From the NCBI RefSeq assembly GCF_009914755.1, contig NC_060936.1: a stretch of 64,000 nt of DNA; one strand, given 5' to 3'. This document shows, piece by piece, positions 17,522-30,057 of this stretch. The DNA is from the human T2T-CHM13v2.0 reference genome, Homo sapiens. The position numbers and the translations under genes were made by a program. How positions within the stretch are numbered: the first letter of the stretch is position 1; the number at the start of each line of letters is the position of its first letter. The notes under the pieces are model-generated. The model did not search any database. It saw nothing but the letters and a program-made list of their open reading frames with translations, and had not been told where the DNA came from.

Positions 17522-17970
17522 TATATCTTGTTAGTGATGTATCCAAATGCTGGTGACTTTTGTATGTTGATTTCGTATCTTGCAAGTTTGCTGAATTTAT
17601 TAGTTCTAGCAGTATTTTGTTGGAGTTTTTAGGGCTTTCTATATACAAGATTACATCATCTGCAAACAAAGACAGTTTGATTCCTCCTTTCCAATCTAGA
17701 TGCCTTTGATTTTGTTCTTTAATTGCTCTGGTTTGACTATTCAGTGCTGTGTTGAGTGGGAGTTATGGGGCTGGGCATCTTTGTTTTGTTCCAGCTCTTA
17801 GAGAAAAATCTTACATTGTTTTTCTGGTTTAACGTGATATTGGCTGTACATTTGTCATAGAGGGCCTTTGTTGGGTTGAAGTGCATTTGTTCTACCTAAT
17901 TTGTTGAGTGTCATGAAGGAATATTGAATTTTGTCATGTCCTTTTTTTGCATCTATTTAAATGTTGTAGT
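17522..17970 (-). mobile_element. L1M ORF2 fragment, inverted relative to the adjacent L1
   Basis: catcatctgcaaaca (antisense FADD) and gcatctatttaaatg; sequence style of older L1MA. Confidence 0.85.
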
Positions 17971-18089
17971 GGTCCTTGAGTCTGTCGTCCTAGTCAAAAA
18001 TCTGGGAGGATGCCACCATACCTAGAGGAGGACATGAGGGCATCACATCTCACATTCTGTGGACATGACCTGATTATGATGTGACTGGT

Positions 18090-18220
18090 GAGTATCTGAC
18101 TCCCCAAACAGAACTGAGGTCCAGGGATTGTCACTTGTTTTGTTCAATAAATTGTCAATTGTCTAGAAAAGTGACAATAAAAATTAAGTACTTAATATAT
18201 GTGTGGTAATTAAATTAATC
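18090..18220 (+). mobile_element. L2 3' end remnant inside the non-L1 tail of the composite insertion
   Basis: tctgactcccc...cagggattgt...ttgttca...tacttaatatatgtgtgg resembles the L2 3' terminus. Confidence 0.4.
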
Positions 18221-18249
18221 TCAACCAGAAGAAAAGTAATTAAATTCTA

Positions 18250-18333
18250 TAGATTCCTCTCTTCATACTGCTTTTGGTGTATCCTAGAATTTGTTTTAAT
18301 ATTGTTTTTATTTTTGTCTCTCTCTCTCTCTCG

Positions 18334-18374
<41 letters not shown>

Positions 18375-18895
18375 TAAATTATATACACATAAATTTTTGC
18401 TTTGGATTTCTTCTTTGACCCAATAATTGTTCAAGAGTATGTAGTTTAAATTCCATATATTTAAATTTTTTTAAGTTCACTCTATTTATTCTTTCCTGGT
18501 TTATTCCATTGTGGTTAAAAATGATACTTGACATGGCTTTAATCTTAAATTTGTTAAGACTTGTTTTGTGACCTACCGTGTGATCTATTCTGGAGAATGT
18601 TCCATGTACATTTGAGAAGCATGTGAGAATGCAGCTGCTGTTGTGTAGAATTTTGTGTATGTATCTGTCAGATTCATTTCATGTATAGCGTAGTTCGAGT
18701 GTGCTATTTTCTTATTGATAAGTGCAGTATGAAGAATCTGACAATCATTGCATTGCTGTCTACTTCTCCCTTCACATCTTGTCAATATTTGCTTCATATA
18801 TTTGGGTGCACTGATGTTGAGTGTATGTGTATCAATTATTGTTATATATGCCTGTTGAATTTATCCTTTTATTATTATGTAATGGCCTTATTCAT
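18250..18895 (-). mobile_element. L1M ORF2 continuation of the element broken at 11070, with a (TC)n(TA)n(TG)n microsatellite at ~18318-18372
   Basis: Removing 11071-18249 restores contiguous antisense L1 sequence (gtagtaattaaattctatagattcctctcttcatactgcttttgg). Confidence 0.85.
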
Positions 18896-18959
18896 CTGGC
18901 ACTGGGGTGGGTCTGGAGTCTCGATCTGCAGGGATTGACTCCTTCTTTGTTTTTCTTTT

Positions 18960-21690
18960 TTCCCATGTATTCACTTGATTGAGATTTCTAGATATTACGA
19001 TTTCCCTCTCTTCTTTGCTTATTTATTCTAAAATACTAATTAATAAATGCTAAAATAATAATACCATTAATCATTATCTTTAGTATTTCTAAACAAATGC
19101 TTAACATAAAATCCAAAACAAACTAAGGCTTTTCCCCATACTCATGAACAATTCAAAAGCTTACAGGTTTTAAAACTCTTCTGGACCTTTTCAGGCTGCA
19201 GGTTTTGGTCTCTTAAGTTTTCTATCTTGTTCCTGTAAATCATTTCTACATCTTGTTCCTGTAGATTAATTCTGAATGACAGTTTAGATGGGAATACATT
19301 TTAGGTTGACTATTATTTTTTCTCAGCCTTTTAAATTACATTGTGTCATCACTGTTGCTATTAAGAAGTATGTTATAAATTAAATTATTCTTCTCTTCTA
19401 CCTGAATGCTTTTACAAACTTCATATTTGACATTATTTTTCTTCAGTCTTATTCAATTTTCCAGTCTTGTAACTAGATATGGATTTATACACAATCTCAC
19501 CAATACTTGCCACTGACAGATTTTATCATTCTCCTGAATTTTTTGAATAGGTAACGATATCTTGTTATGTTTTGTATTTGCATTTTCCTGATAATTAAAA
19601 TCAGAAACTTTTCATATGTTTATAAAAGCTATTTGGTTATCCTTTCTTGTGAAGTTTTGTGCATATTTCTTTGCCATTTTGCAAATAGGTTGTCATTATT
19701 TTTTTCCAATTAAATTTTCATTAGCCCAGTAAAATTTATTTAAATGGATATTCTTGCACTTCGCCTTTGCCATAAGTCCAGTAAATATATAAACGTGAGC
19801 TTGTTTCTGGACTTGTTCCCTTTCAGTTCTTCTCAAAGTGTTATACCCAGACCAGTAGCAACAGCTTTACCCAAAAATTTAGTGTAAATGGGAACTCCTC
19901 CCCTATTTCTACTGAATCTTTCTTCAGATGATTATGATCTACAATAAAGTTTGGGAACCACTGTCCTATTCTGTTTCATTGGTCTACTTGCATATACTTG
20001 CATAATACCAACTATATTAATTATCATAGTCCTATATCAGCCTTTCATTTGTCATTTTAGACACACACACATCTGTTGGGATGTAAATCTGCTTCATTTT
20101 TTTCTCAATAATGTTTTGTGAATTTCTGATTAGTGGTCTTGCACATCATTTATTAGATACATTCTAAAAGACATTGCATTGTTAGAAATAGTGTTCAATT
20201 TTACTTCAATTTGTTTATTGGTGATGTAAGAAAAAAATTGTATTTTATCTTGTTTTCTGTTATCTTTCAATTCACTTTTTAATTTAATAATATAAATGTA
20301 GACTCTATGATTGTCTAAGAACCTAATTAGACAGTCTTACAGTAACAGCTTAACTTTCTCTGTTCCAATCTTTATTTTTTTCTTACCTTAGTCTATTAGC
20401 TTGAAATTTCAGTATACCTTTTAATATTATAGTTTTTGGCTGGTGCCACCATCTTTTCTCCACCTCAGGAATGAAGCTTTTAATATTTTATTATTATCCA
20501 CATTATGCTTTGCAATTTGAAACTGAGGTATTTTCTAGTCTTTTATTCCCTTTGAAAATGCTGAACTAAAGTTTTATCTTTTCAGCTCCATGAAAATTGT
20601 AAAAACTTGCCTCTGCTTTTAAGAGACTCCCTTTGTGGTTTTTTGAGGCTACTGCCCTGGTCAACTTAATCACTTGATAAATACGTAGTTGCCAATTGTC
20701 CTGGTCATTTCTCTGAACTCTTCTTCTCTTCCAAATATTGGGCCCTCAAATTCTACTTCCTTTGAAAATCAGAATTCTAGATCGCATATCCTATATCCTT
20801 TGAAATTTATATCATCTTTACTGACTCTTCTGCAACTAAATGAATATTATTTTCATGAGCTTCCCTTTACAATTTTTAACATGCTTATGTTATACTCTCT
20901 ATTTCATAATTTTTATCATTTGAAGTTTTTGTGGGTCAGATACTTTTTCGTATTTTTTTTTCCTGAGATCACTCTTTAATGGTTGAAGTTGCAATCATGT
21001 GGCTTTTAAATTTGGATTGTGAGCATAATTCTCTGAAAATACTGTTTAATGTTGGATTAAAATGCATATATCCAACTAAATTTTAATTTCGCCTTTACTG
21101 GACACCCAGTACATCACTCACTAGGGAACATTATGTTAATATTTCAGTTTTCAATTTTAAACACTCAATATGTTATGTAATTGAAGTAGCTAAACCTGCT
21201 TGACAGTGGAACATTGTAATAACTGGACTCTTTTTTTGTTTTGTCAAAGCACAGGCAAATTTCTAAACTTTTCCTGACAGACTCTCATCTTCTTTTATTG
21301 GTGATTAAATTTTATTTCCAGTTCATGTTTTTAAAAATTCTATTCTTCAGGTTATAGCCTTTATAGAAACCTGACTATATGGAGAGTCCTCTCTCCAATT
21401 TTTTTTAATATACAGGCTCTTTGTCAAGACACTTTTTTTCATCTATACATGAGCAACAACATAGAAATCTTAATCCCATCTACCCCTCAAGATATACCTA
21501 ACCTGGGACTTCTGCAAAATTGTTTTATTTAACAATGTTCTTTTTTCTTTCATTAACTGCTGCTCAATAATTTACTAAGTGGCTATTTATTTTTGGTTCT
21601 CTATTTTCTGATACTTGAAGTTGAGATATACATTAAAATTTTATTTTTGATATTTTATTCTTTAGGTGTTTGAAGCAAGAGAGTATCCAG
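18960..21690 (-). mobile_element. Highly degraded L1M (ME/MC-type) fragments
   Basis: T-rich antisense L1-like blocks, e.g. tttgcattttcctgat and ctattctgtttcattggtctac. Confidence 0.45.
19824..19963. mobile_element. MER5A-like hAT-Charlie MITE
   Basis: Terminal inverted repeats cagttcttctcaaa ... tttgggaaccactg. Confidence 0.7.
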
Positions 21691-23944
21691 GTGCCTACAA
21701 AATACCTAGTCACACATTAAATAAATGGTTGATAGAATAACTAATCCATTCATTTATCATGCTAAAAATATTTGCAGATATAGAGTACCATGCCATCACA
21801 TAGACTGAAATAATTGTTGTCAATCTTACAGAATTTGAAACAAATGGATCAACACATTACAAGTCAGACTACCTCCACAATAACTTAGGGACTAAAAATC
21901 TCTACATTTAAATGATATATGCTCAGTTAAATCAAGTATATAAATAGTAATTTATCCCTTACAAAACTGCAGCAATCAGCAACTTCCTTTGCTGCTTAAA
22001 TTAGAATTAAATATCTAGTTCATATTAAACAAGTACAATAAGTTAAAATATTGAAGTGACAACCATTAGGATGGCAAGTACAATTTTAGAAGAATGTCAA
22101 GCACCAGGAAAGGCAGTTTTCAAATGAATATTGGAGCAAGAGAGAGTTCTTTCTATAGCAGAGTAGAGTCAGCAAGGCTGCCCATAACTGAACTTTATCA
22201 CAGAACACAGACTTGCATGGCTGAAAAAGATAGTGCTTCCATGCCAAATAGAAAGTGTGTAGTGAGCTTGGCAGCACAAGCAAGCACTTTCAGCAAGAAA
22301 GCAGACGAGGAGTGTGGCAGACCATTCACTTTCATAGGGAATGGATAAATAGCCAGGAGAATAAAAATAGACAATGCCATGTTTTCTATTAATTGAGAAT
22401 AAAATTATGCTTCTCTTCCCACTTCCTTTTGATGAATATTAATCACTTCATGCTATTTTAAAATTGTGAAGCTGCACTAAAATATCTGTGGTACACTAGG
22501 AAACAAGGCCATAATTTTCTACATTTGCATTACTTAAAACACATGAGTGGCAAAATATTTTCATGTTTTTATATACCTGTGTCATTCTAAATCAGTTCGT
22601 CTAAGTACATACATATAAACGCACCCATGAAGTAAATATTTTGTGTATATTTCAGTTGTTAAAATTATGACATACTCTAAAATCCACAATTTTAAAATAT
22701 AATTATATCAAGATAATTTAGACATATATGCCATTGGAAAAAGTCTAACTAGATTTTACTAAGAAAGTAATTCTATTGTACATACTGCCAATTATTTGTT
22801 TTTAATAATAAGTTCATTTGTATCTTCTGATGAAATATCATAGAAAAAATATAATTAGTATAGTAATAATATTAGATGCACATGACTTATTTCAGCATTG
22901 TGGTTCAAGTTCTTATATCAGAAGAAATACATTTCCAAGAACTTTAATAGGTTGTAAAGAAAGTGATTTTAAAAAGAATCATTTTAGTATCTTTAAAGTG
23001 TTTACAATTGTTTCAATAATATTTTTCTATAAGCATAGAGTGAAAGAATAGTGACTAAAATAAATTATAACAAATCATATTATAATGCTAGAAATTTTAT
23101 TTAGTACATCATGAAAAGATGATATGAATTGAAACGATTATCTTTTCACAGCACAAGTTTCTCCAATGTATTTCCAAAACACTCTAATTTATAAGGACCA
23201 TAAAATAAAATCTCAGGACATGGAATATTAGATTTTATTTTACCAGTATTGAAAAACTGATTGTAAATTTTAGCTCCATATTTGTCAGTATTAAATTTTC
23301 TACCCAGGGACATGTGATTACAGGCTAAAAAACTAAAATATGAGCTTGGATCATGTAATGTTTTTACTGCCTCACAGCAAAATAGTAAACATCTAGAATC
23401 TGATTTGTGTTAAACAAAAATTGATCATAATTGAAGTTTGGTTCCCTATTTCCAAAGTTCTTAGCTATGTGATTAAACCTCAGAGTTGTTCAGACTACTA
23501 TTTGGCCAGAAACAGCTCATATTAAAATGGTTTGCTCAGCGTCTCTCCAAAGAGAATCACTTAGTTTCATTGTGGCTTTGCTGAGGAAAAGTTCTGCTTC
23601 AATATCTAGTGGTCTGTGTACCAAATGTACTCGATTTCTGTTCTTGCTATGACCTTGTTTACTTGTATCCTCTTATCTACAACTGACAATTTACCTGAAC
23701 TAGAGCTGCATAGGATTAAGTTGCCAAGACATAAGGGAAAAGATATTGAGAAAGCAAAGAGGCAAATATATCTTTATAACTTGCAAGCCATTTCATTAAT
23801 ATCTGACTTGCCTTTCAGGTCAAAGAGACACTTTCTCCTCCTGCTATAACACATTTATCTAGGGTGGATTTTGGGGTGTCACATAACTATGATAGTTTGT
23901 GATTGATCTCTGTCTCTGCATAGAGAATGGACAGATTGACAACG

Positions 23945-24190
23945 ATGATGATAATAAATACACAAACTTGACTGAGAACCAAAATGTAAAAGGTCAAAGC
24001 AAATAATAGAAATAGGTAGAACATGGGCTAATTACATTATTTTATTAATATTTAAATATAATTATTACCACTTACAGTTTAAAGTTGAAGAAACTGAGGA
24101 TTTGAGCTTTTAATTACACCACCCAGTGTCATACAGCGGTAGAGCTACAAGTGAAATTTAGATATCCTGAGCTAGCCGGCAATTTTTACC
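23945..24190 (-). mobile_element. MIR
   Basis: ttgaagaaactgagg...acccagtgtcatacagc core. Confidence 0.5.
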
Positions 24191-26339
24191 CTATGTCGTA
24201 CTGGTGGTTGGGTGGCTGGCTATTTAGTGCAGTTTTGGAGAAATACATAATTTAACAAGGGCTGGGTCATGCTACTCAGAGGTGATAAAATGCTAGTGAC
24301 AGGTGTAAGCAGTGGATCTGAAAACTCATAAAGAATAAGGCCTCCCACATCAGAAGCCAAAAAATTATAAAGCAATTAAGCAATAGACATGAGCTTGATT
24401 AAGTTGAGGGATTTTGGTTGAGATATCTAAAAATTAGAAAGAAATCCATGATTTAAAGAGCTTACCAGGGCTGAATAAAAGCAGGTACAACTGAATTGCT
24501 CTCATAAGATTAGTGAGGCCAACAGAAGCTCAAAAAAGGAAGGCTGTTTAAACATAGAAGACCACCCTCTTAGGTGTTAAGAATAATCTATATAAAAAAT
24601 GATCAACATCATAATCACTAGTTTAAAATAAAATTTTATATTTATACTCTTTAAGGTCTTTACATTCTTCTGTTATGTTCATTGCATTATATTTAAACAT
24701 AATCCATAAGTTTATTTAGAGAGTAACAATATTATCTATCTGAATTAAGAAAAAAAGTTGGTGAAGAAACAATTTTATCTTATAAATATTGCAATTATCC
24801 TCTAAATCGTAGTTGTTTTTTTTTATAAGTCAAATAAGCCAAAATTGCTAATAGTGCAATTTAATTAGCCCTAATTAAGATGTGGCATGTTACCAAATAT
24901 AATTACAGTGTTTTTTTTTTCATGAGGTTACATTTCATAATGCATTAAATGTTATTATAGGTTGTGGGCATTTTATCCTTAGTAAGTAAGCTGATACTTA
25001 TCTATGGTTATTTTTATGAGATAAATTAAACAACTACTAAATTTTTCTCTAATGTAATTTATTTGGATAGGTCTAACAAAATTTTTTGGTCATACAATAT
25101 TTCCAATGGTGGAAACATCATGTGAAAATAACTATGTTATTAGAGAGAATCAAGTTTGTTTCTGGAATAACTGCATCATCTAAACACTTGAGAATCCTGT
25201 AGCTTTTCCAAATCTAATCTAAACTTAAAAATATTAGTTCTTCTATAATTTGTCACCAACACCACTCCCCAAGGAATAGTTATGTGTGTACAGTAGGCCA
25301 GAAGAGATTGAACAGTTCTTAGAAATTTTAGAATTCCCTGAATTAAATTACTGTTGTATTTTTGGATCAAACAATATTTTATTTTATTTTTACAATGTTG
25401 TTGCACCATTATAAATTATTTACAAAGTTTGACAATAAGCTTAGCTGTCACTTGTTTACAATCTGTGTAATAGTAAGTGTTGTTTTATAGCTAAGAAAAC
25501 CAGAATAATTCAAATTTTAGATAAGGAAGGAAAATATTACTTTGACAAAATCATTGTACCTAATGACAAATTATTGCACCTTATATGATAATTCATTTAA
25601 GCTAAGCCATTGACATTTCTAGTTAAAATGCAAATGTCTTTTGGATAAAAGACTTAATAATAGTAATAACAACACCCTTTGACTGGTCCAATACTAGCAC
25701 TTTGCTAGTGCAAGTATCACTATTTACTTAGACTAGAAAACTAATGCTAAATTTTATATGGCACATAAGAAATTAAGATTCATGCAATGTGGACATGCTA
25801 CACAAGTAGGCTATGTGTATGTTACACTGTCTTGCACAATTTAATGACATTAATAAGCACCGTGTATTAGCAATAGTTGCAAATAGATTCAAATACAGAG
25901 ATTCAGTTCAATTCAGTACATATCTACAGATGCATATTAAGTAACTTCTCTTAACCTGCGATTTCATTTTAGGCATCTAGAAGAAATGATATCAATCTGG
26001 CCTTCAGTGGGACAATGTTTAATAGAAGTGATAAAAATAAAAGCAAAGCCTACCATAGACATTTAAAAATTTAATAAAAGGAATATGCAATAAGTAAAGT
26101 GGATGCATAGAGAAGGGAGTAATTCACTTATCTTAAGGGTGGGGTCAAGAAAATCCTTAAAGTTCAATTTTAGAAAGTAAATAAAATTCAGATAAAGGAC
26201 AGTAAACTATGCTCAAATAGGAAATACTTATGGTCAGAAGGGAATAGTACTCAGTACTGATTGATAGAAATGAGTAAAGGGTAGGCAAGAATCTATTAGA
26301 GCATAACATGCTGCCAAGAGGGCAGCCTCATATATTGTG

Positions 26340-26585
26340 ATATGGGCAAACGATGGCCCATAGTCCAATTTCAGTTTGTAACCTGTTTTTGTGTTGGCAC
26401 ATCAACTAAGAATAATTGTTATATTTTTAAACACTGTCAAAAAATTAAATAACAGATATATACAAAACCATAATTATGCTATCCATCGTTCACTCCAAAA
26501 CCATAATCATCCTCCAGTGTCTGTGGCCTATAATGTCTAAAATATTTATTCTCTGACCTTTACAGAAAAAGTTTACCAACCGAAC
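26340..26585. mobile_element. MER58-like hAT-Charlie element carrying a 62-bp templated insert
   Basis: ggcaaacgatggccc...tgtggcc...ctaaaatattt...ctttacagaaaaagtttaccaacc. Confidence 0.7.
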
Positions 26586-26879
26586 ATTACTGTAAGCATA
26601 AAGGCACCAAAGGAATAAGTGAGAAAATTTAAAAGATTAAAACGGCAAGGAAGAAAACAGTAAATTCAGTAAAAGTGTCCCAGTGATGCTAAGGACAACT
26701 TTAAATTATTTCAAAATTGTGTCCTATATAGAATGGATGAAAAGAATCAAAAAGAGTTTTAAATATTATCACACTAAAAGAGAGATTCTAAAGAGGCTAA
26801 AATAAATTTTAAAGCGTAAAATAAATGATGTTATATATTTTTGAATCAAAGCTTTACTTATCAATTATTATGTCAATAA

Positions 26880-27390
26880 TTCTTATAATATTGTATCCGT
26901 TTCTCACCTGAGCTCCAGAAATATATAGCCAATAGTTCATTTTACATTTCCACTAAGAATATCTACTTCATATATACAAAACCATAATTATGCTATCCAT
27001 CATTCACTCAAAACCATAATCATCCTCCAGCATTATGCTCAGTTGCTGGTGCAACCATTCAAATTGTTACATTAAAAATACTCTTAATAATTATTTCTCC
27101 CCCTTTCTCATATTCTCAGTCACCAAATTTTATTGATTTTACCTATTTAAATTCTTCAAACCAATTCTTGTCTCTTCACCTCCCCAACTATTTATTTTAG
27201 ACTAGCAGGAGATACTTTTCTTATCTTGACCACTCTATTCATTTCTTAATTGGATTTCCCTTTCCACTTGTGCATCCGCCATGCCATCCTAATCAGTGTA
27301 GTATAAATGACTTCCAAAGTAAAATTTTCAAAGGCATATAATAGCATACAATAGCAAATCTGTCTTGTGAAAATTCTGCAACGACTTAAA
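26880..27390 (+). mobile_element. L2 fragment
   Basis: tctcacctgagctccaga...atatagccaat...acatttccact resembles L2. Confidence 0.5.
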
Positions 27391-27399
27391 GAACATCTA

Positions 27400-29330
27400 T
27401 GGAAAACTTAATATTATACTTAATGATGAAAGACAATGTTTTCCTCTAAAAAAAAAAGGCAAAGGTGCCTGCTCTCACCATTTTTATTGAACATTTTGTT
27501 AGAGATCTAATGTAATAACATAAGGAAAAGAGGTAATGGTGATAATTATTAGAAATTAAGAATTAATTTTGTTTTATTTAAAGGTGGCTGTAGAAACTGA
27601 TAAGTAAATTTAGAAAGTTTGCAGTTACAAGGTCAATATACAAGAGTTAATTTTATACATAACAACAGTGAACATTAGCAAAAAAAATAAGCCAGAAGGC
27701 AAGCAAACAATAAATCCACATATAATAGTATAAAACAAAATACTAAGAAATAAATTTAACCTAAAATTTCAAAAAAAAAAAAAAACTACAAAACCTCAGA
27801 AAGACATTTTTAATAAAGCCAAAATCAATGGAAGAATATACCACGTTCATCAACTGAAACACTCACTATTATTAGGATCACAATTTTATCAGATTGTTCT
27901 GTAGACTCTATGCACTCCAAATCAAAATTCCAGCAAGATTTTTGGAGTAAATTGGGAAGCTGACTTTAAAATCTATAGGTGAAGGTAAAGGATCCTGAAG
28001 ACGAAAAATAATTTTTAAAAGAAAAGCAATTTTGGAATACTAACACCACCTAATTTCAAGTCTTACTTTAAAGGTACACTGATATTAGAAAGAAGATAGA
28101 TTCAAGGAACACAATAGAGAGTACACATATAGACCCATACTTCACTGGTTAATTGGTTTGACAAACTGCCATGATAATTCAGTTAGATAATAACTTTCTA
28201 TTAACAACTTCATATAGCTGGAAAAATGAATCTCAATACATATTTTATATCATAAGAAATTCAAAGTAGACATTGACGTAAGTGCATGAATTAAAATTAC
28301 GACACTTAAAGAAGAAAATATAGAAGAAAATCATTGTGAATTTGTGTTAGGCAAAGATTTTCAAACACTATATAAAAAAGAACAATCCCCCAAATAAAAA
28401 AAATTAATGATTTTAATGAAGTTTAAAAACTTTTACTCTTTGAAGAAAATGAAAGGGCAAGCTAGAGACTGCAAAAATATTTGAAAAACACCAATCTGAT
28501 AACTGACTTATATTAAGAATACATAAAGATATCTCAAAAATCAGTAATAAGTACAAAATCTAATTTTAAATGGATAAATTATTTAAATAAGCACTTTAAA
28601 AGTTACAAGGCTGGCAAATAAGCACATGAAATGATGGTCAATATCACTAGTCATTAATGATATTCAAATTAAAATTACAATTACAAATAACAATACATCC
28701 AATACAATAAAGATAAAATTCCTGATATGACTAAGTGTTTGCAAGAATAAAGTTCAGCTGTAAATATCATGCAGGTATCGCTGTTGAAATTCAAAACAAT
28801 ATGGACACCAACTTCTGAAAACTTGATATGGCAGTATTGTATAAGGTTAAAAATTAGTTTTTACAGAACCTAGTAATCTCACTTCTAGGTGTTTTTCTAA
28901 GTGAAGTACATTCACACATGAATAGGCATGTGCATGTCAATAGTGGCATTATTTATATTAGCCATAATATAGAAGACTACCTAAATATTTATCCAGTTGA
29001 AAATAGATATAAAACATGTGTTATATTTATCCTGTGTGGCCACAGTCCATCTTAATTACCTCTTTAAAGACCACATCTCCAATACAGTCACATTGGAAGG
29101 TACTCAGGGATAGGAATTCAACATATGTGTTTTGAGGAGCGCAGTTCGGCCCATAACAGTGGGTCATGAATTTTACAGGGAAGCAAGAGAACCTTTTAGA
29201 ATGATGTCATGTCTATAACATGTTTGCGGTGGAAATTACATGATTGAATACAATTATCAGCACCAAATTGTATCGTTAGAAAGAGTGAATTTTATTTTAT
29301 GTAATGCTTACATCTGAAAGTTAAACAAAT
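27400..29330 (+). mobile_element. Old L1M (MC/ME-type) ORF2 3' half and 3'UTR
   Basis: A-rich sense ORF2 relic (ctgctctcacca...gaacatt; acaaggtcaatataca; aaataagcacatgaaa). Confidence 0.7.
29036..29158 (-). mobile_element. MLT1A/B LTR 5' fragment
   Basis: Reverse complement reads tgttatgggccgaactg...catatgttgaa...gtgactgtattggagat...ctttaaagaggtaattaag. Confidence 0.7.
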
Positions 29331-30057
29331 TAATAAATCAACTTTCAAAGTTCTTGTAGTTTGGGCTATCTTTACTCTTTATTAAAATGAAGGTGCTTCT
29401 GAAAAAATTTACAAGTTAAATGAAAAAAAAATTATGGTATTTTTACTAACATATCATACTATATACTATTTTCACCCCCCATTCTACAAAGTTTATTATA
29501 GCACCTTTCATTCAGATAACATTGATGCACTCTATAGCTATGTATTGACAGGTTATATGGACCTCTTGTTCAAGCTGACACTCACTGATACATGACTACC
29601 TAGGACTCTACATGGCAGATCACTGGCTTGAAAGTCATTAGTTTGTTTAGAAAACTCTGATAGTTCTCTCATTTACCTCCAGATGTTTCTGTCATTGTAA
29701 AAAATGTATCATATAGAAAATTTCTTAAAAGAATAAAAGAGTTAACAAAATTTAACTTAAAAAATAACATGAAAGTCAAGGAAATCAATGGAGATGATCC
29801 TCAGTCTTACCATATTTGGTTAAAAGAATTAAAAATAAAGTGTTCTAAAAGTTCAATGAGTAGCTTTTTAAAAAAAGTGCAAAGAGTTTTTGTTTTGTTT
29901 TGTTTTTTGCTAAAAAGAATGTGATTATATTTAAACAGAAACTACATTTTGCTTTAAGTCTAAGACCAATGTCTATATACATTCTCCTTTAAAAATATTA
30001 CCTTTTCCTTTCTATCTTTTTTAAAAAAAGAAAAAGGGGAGGAAGGAAGAAAAAAAG

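Noticed and set aside
17522-17970. Twin-priming inversion of the adjacent L1
   Set aside because: It duplicates rather than continues the sense segment, lies at the 3' side, and looks like an older subfamily.
22086-22380. Overlapping short ORFs in non-repeat DNA
   Set aside because: No recognisable protein similarity or convincing splice sites; conservation cannot be assessed from sequence alone.
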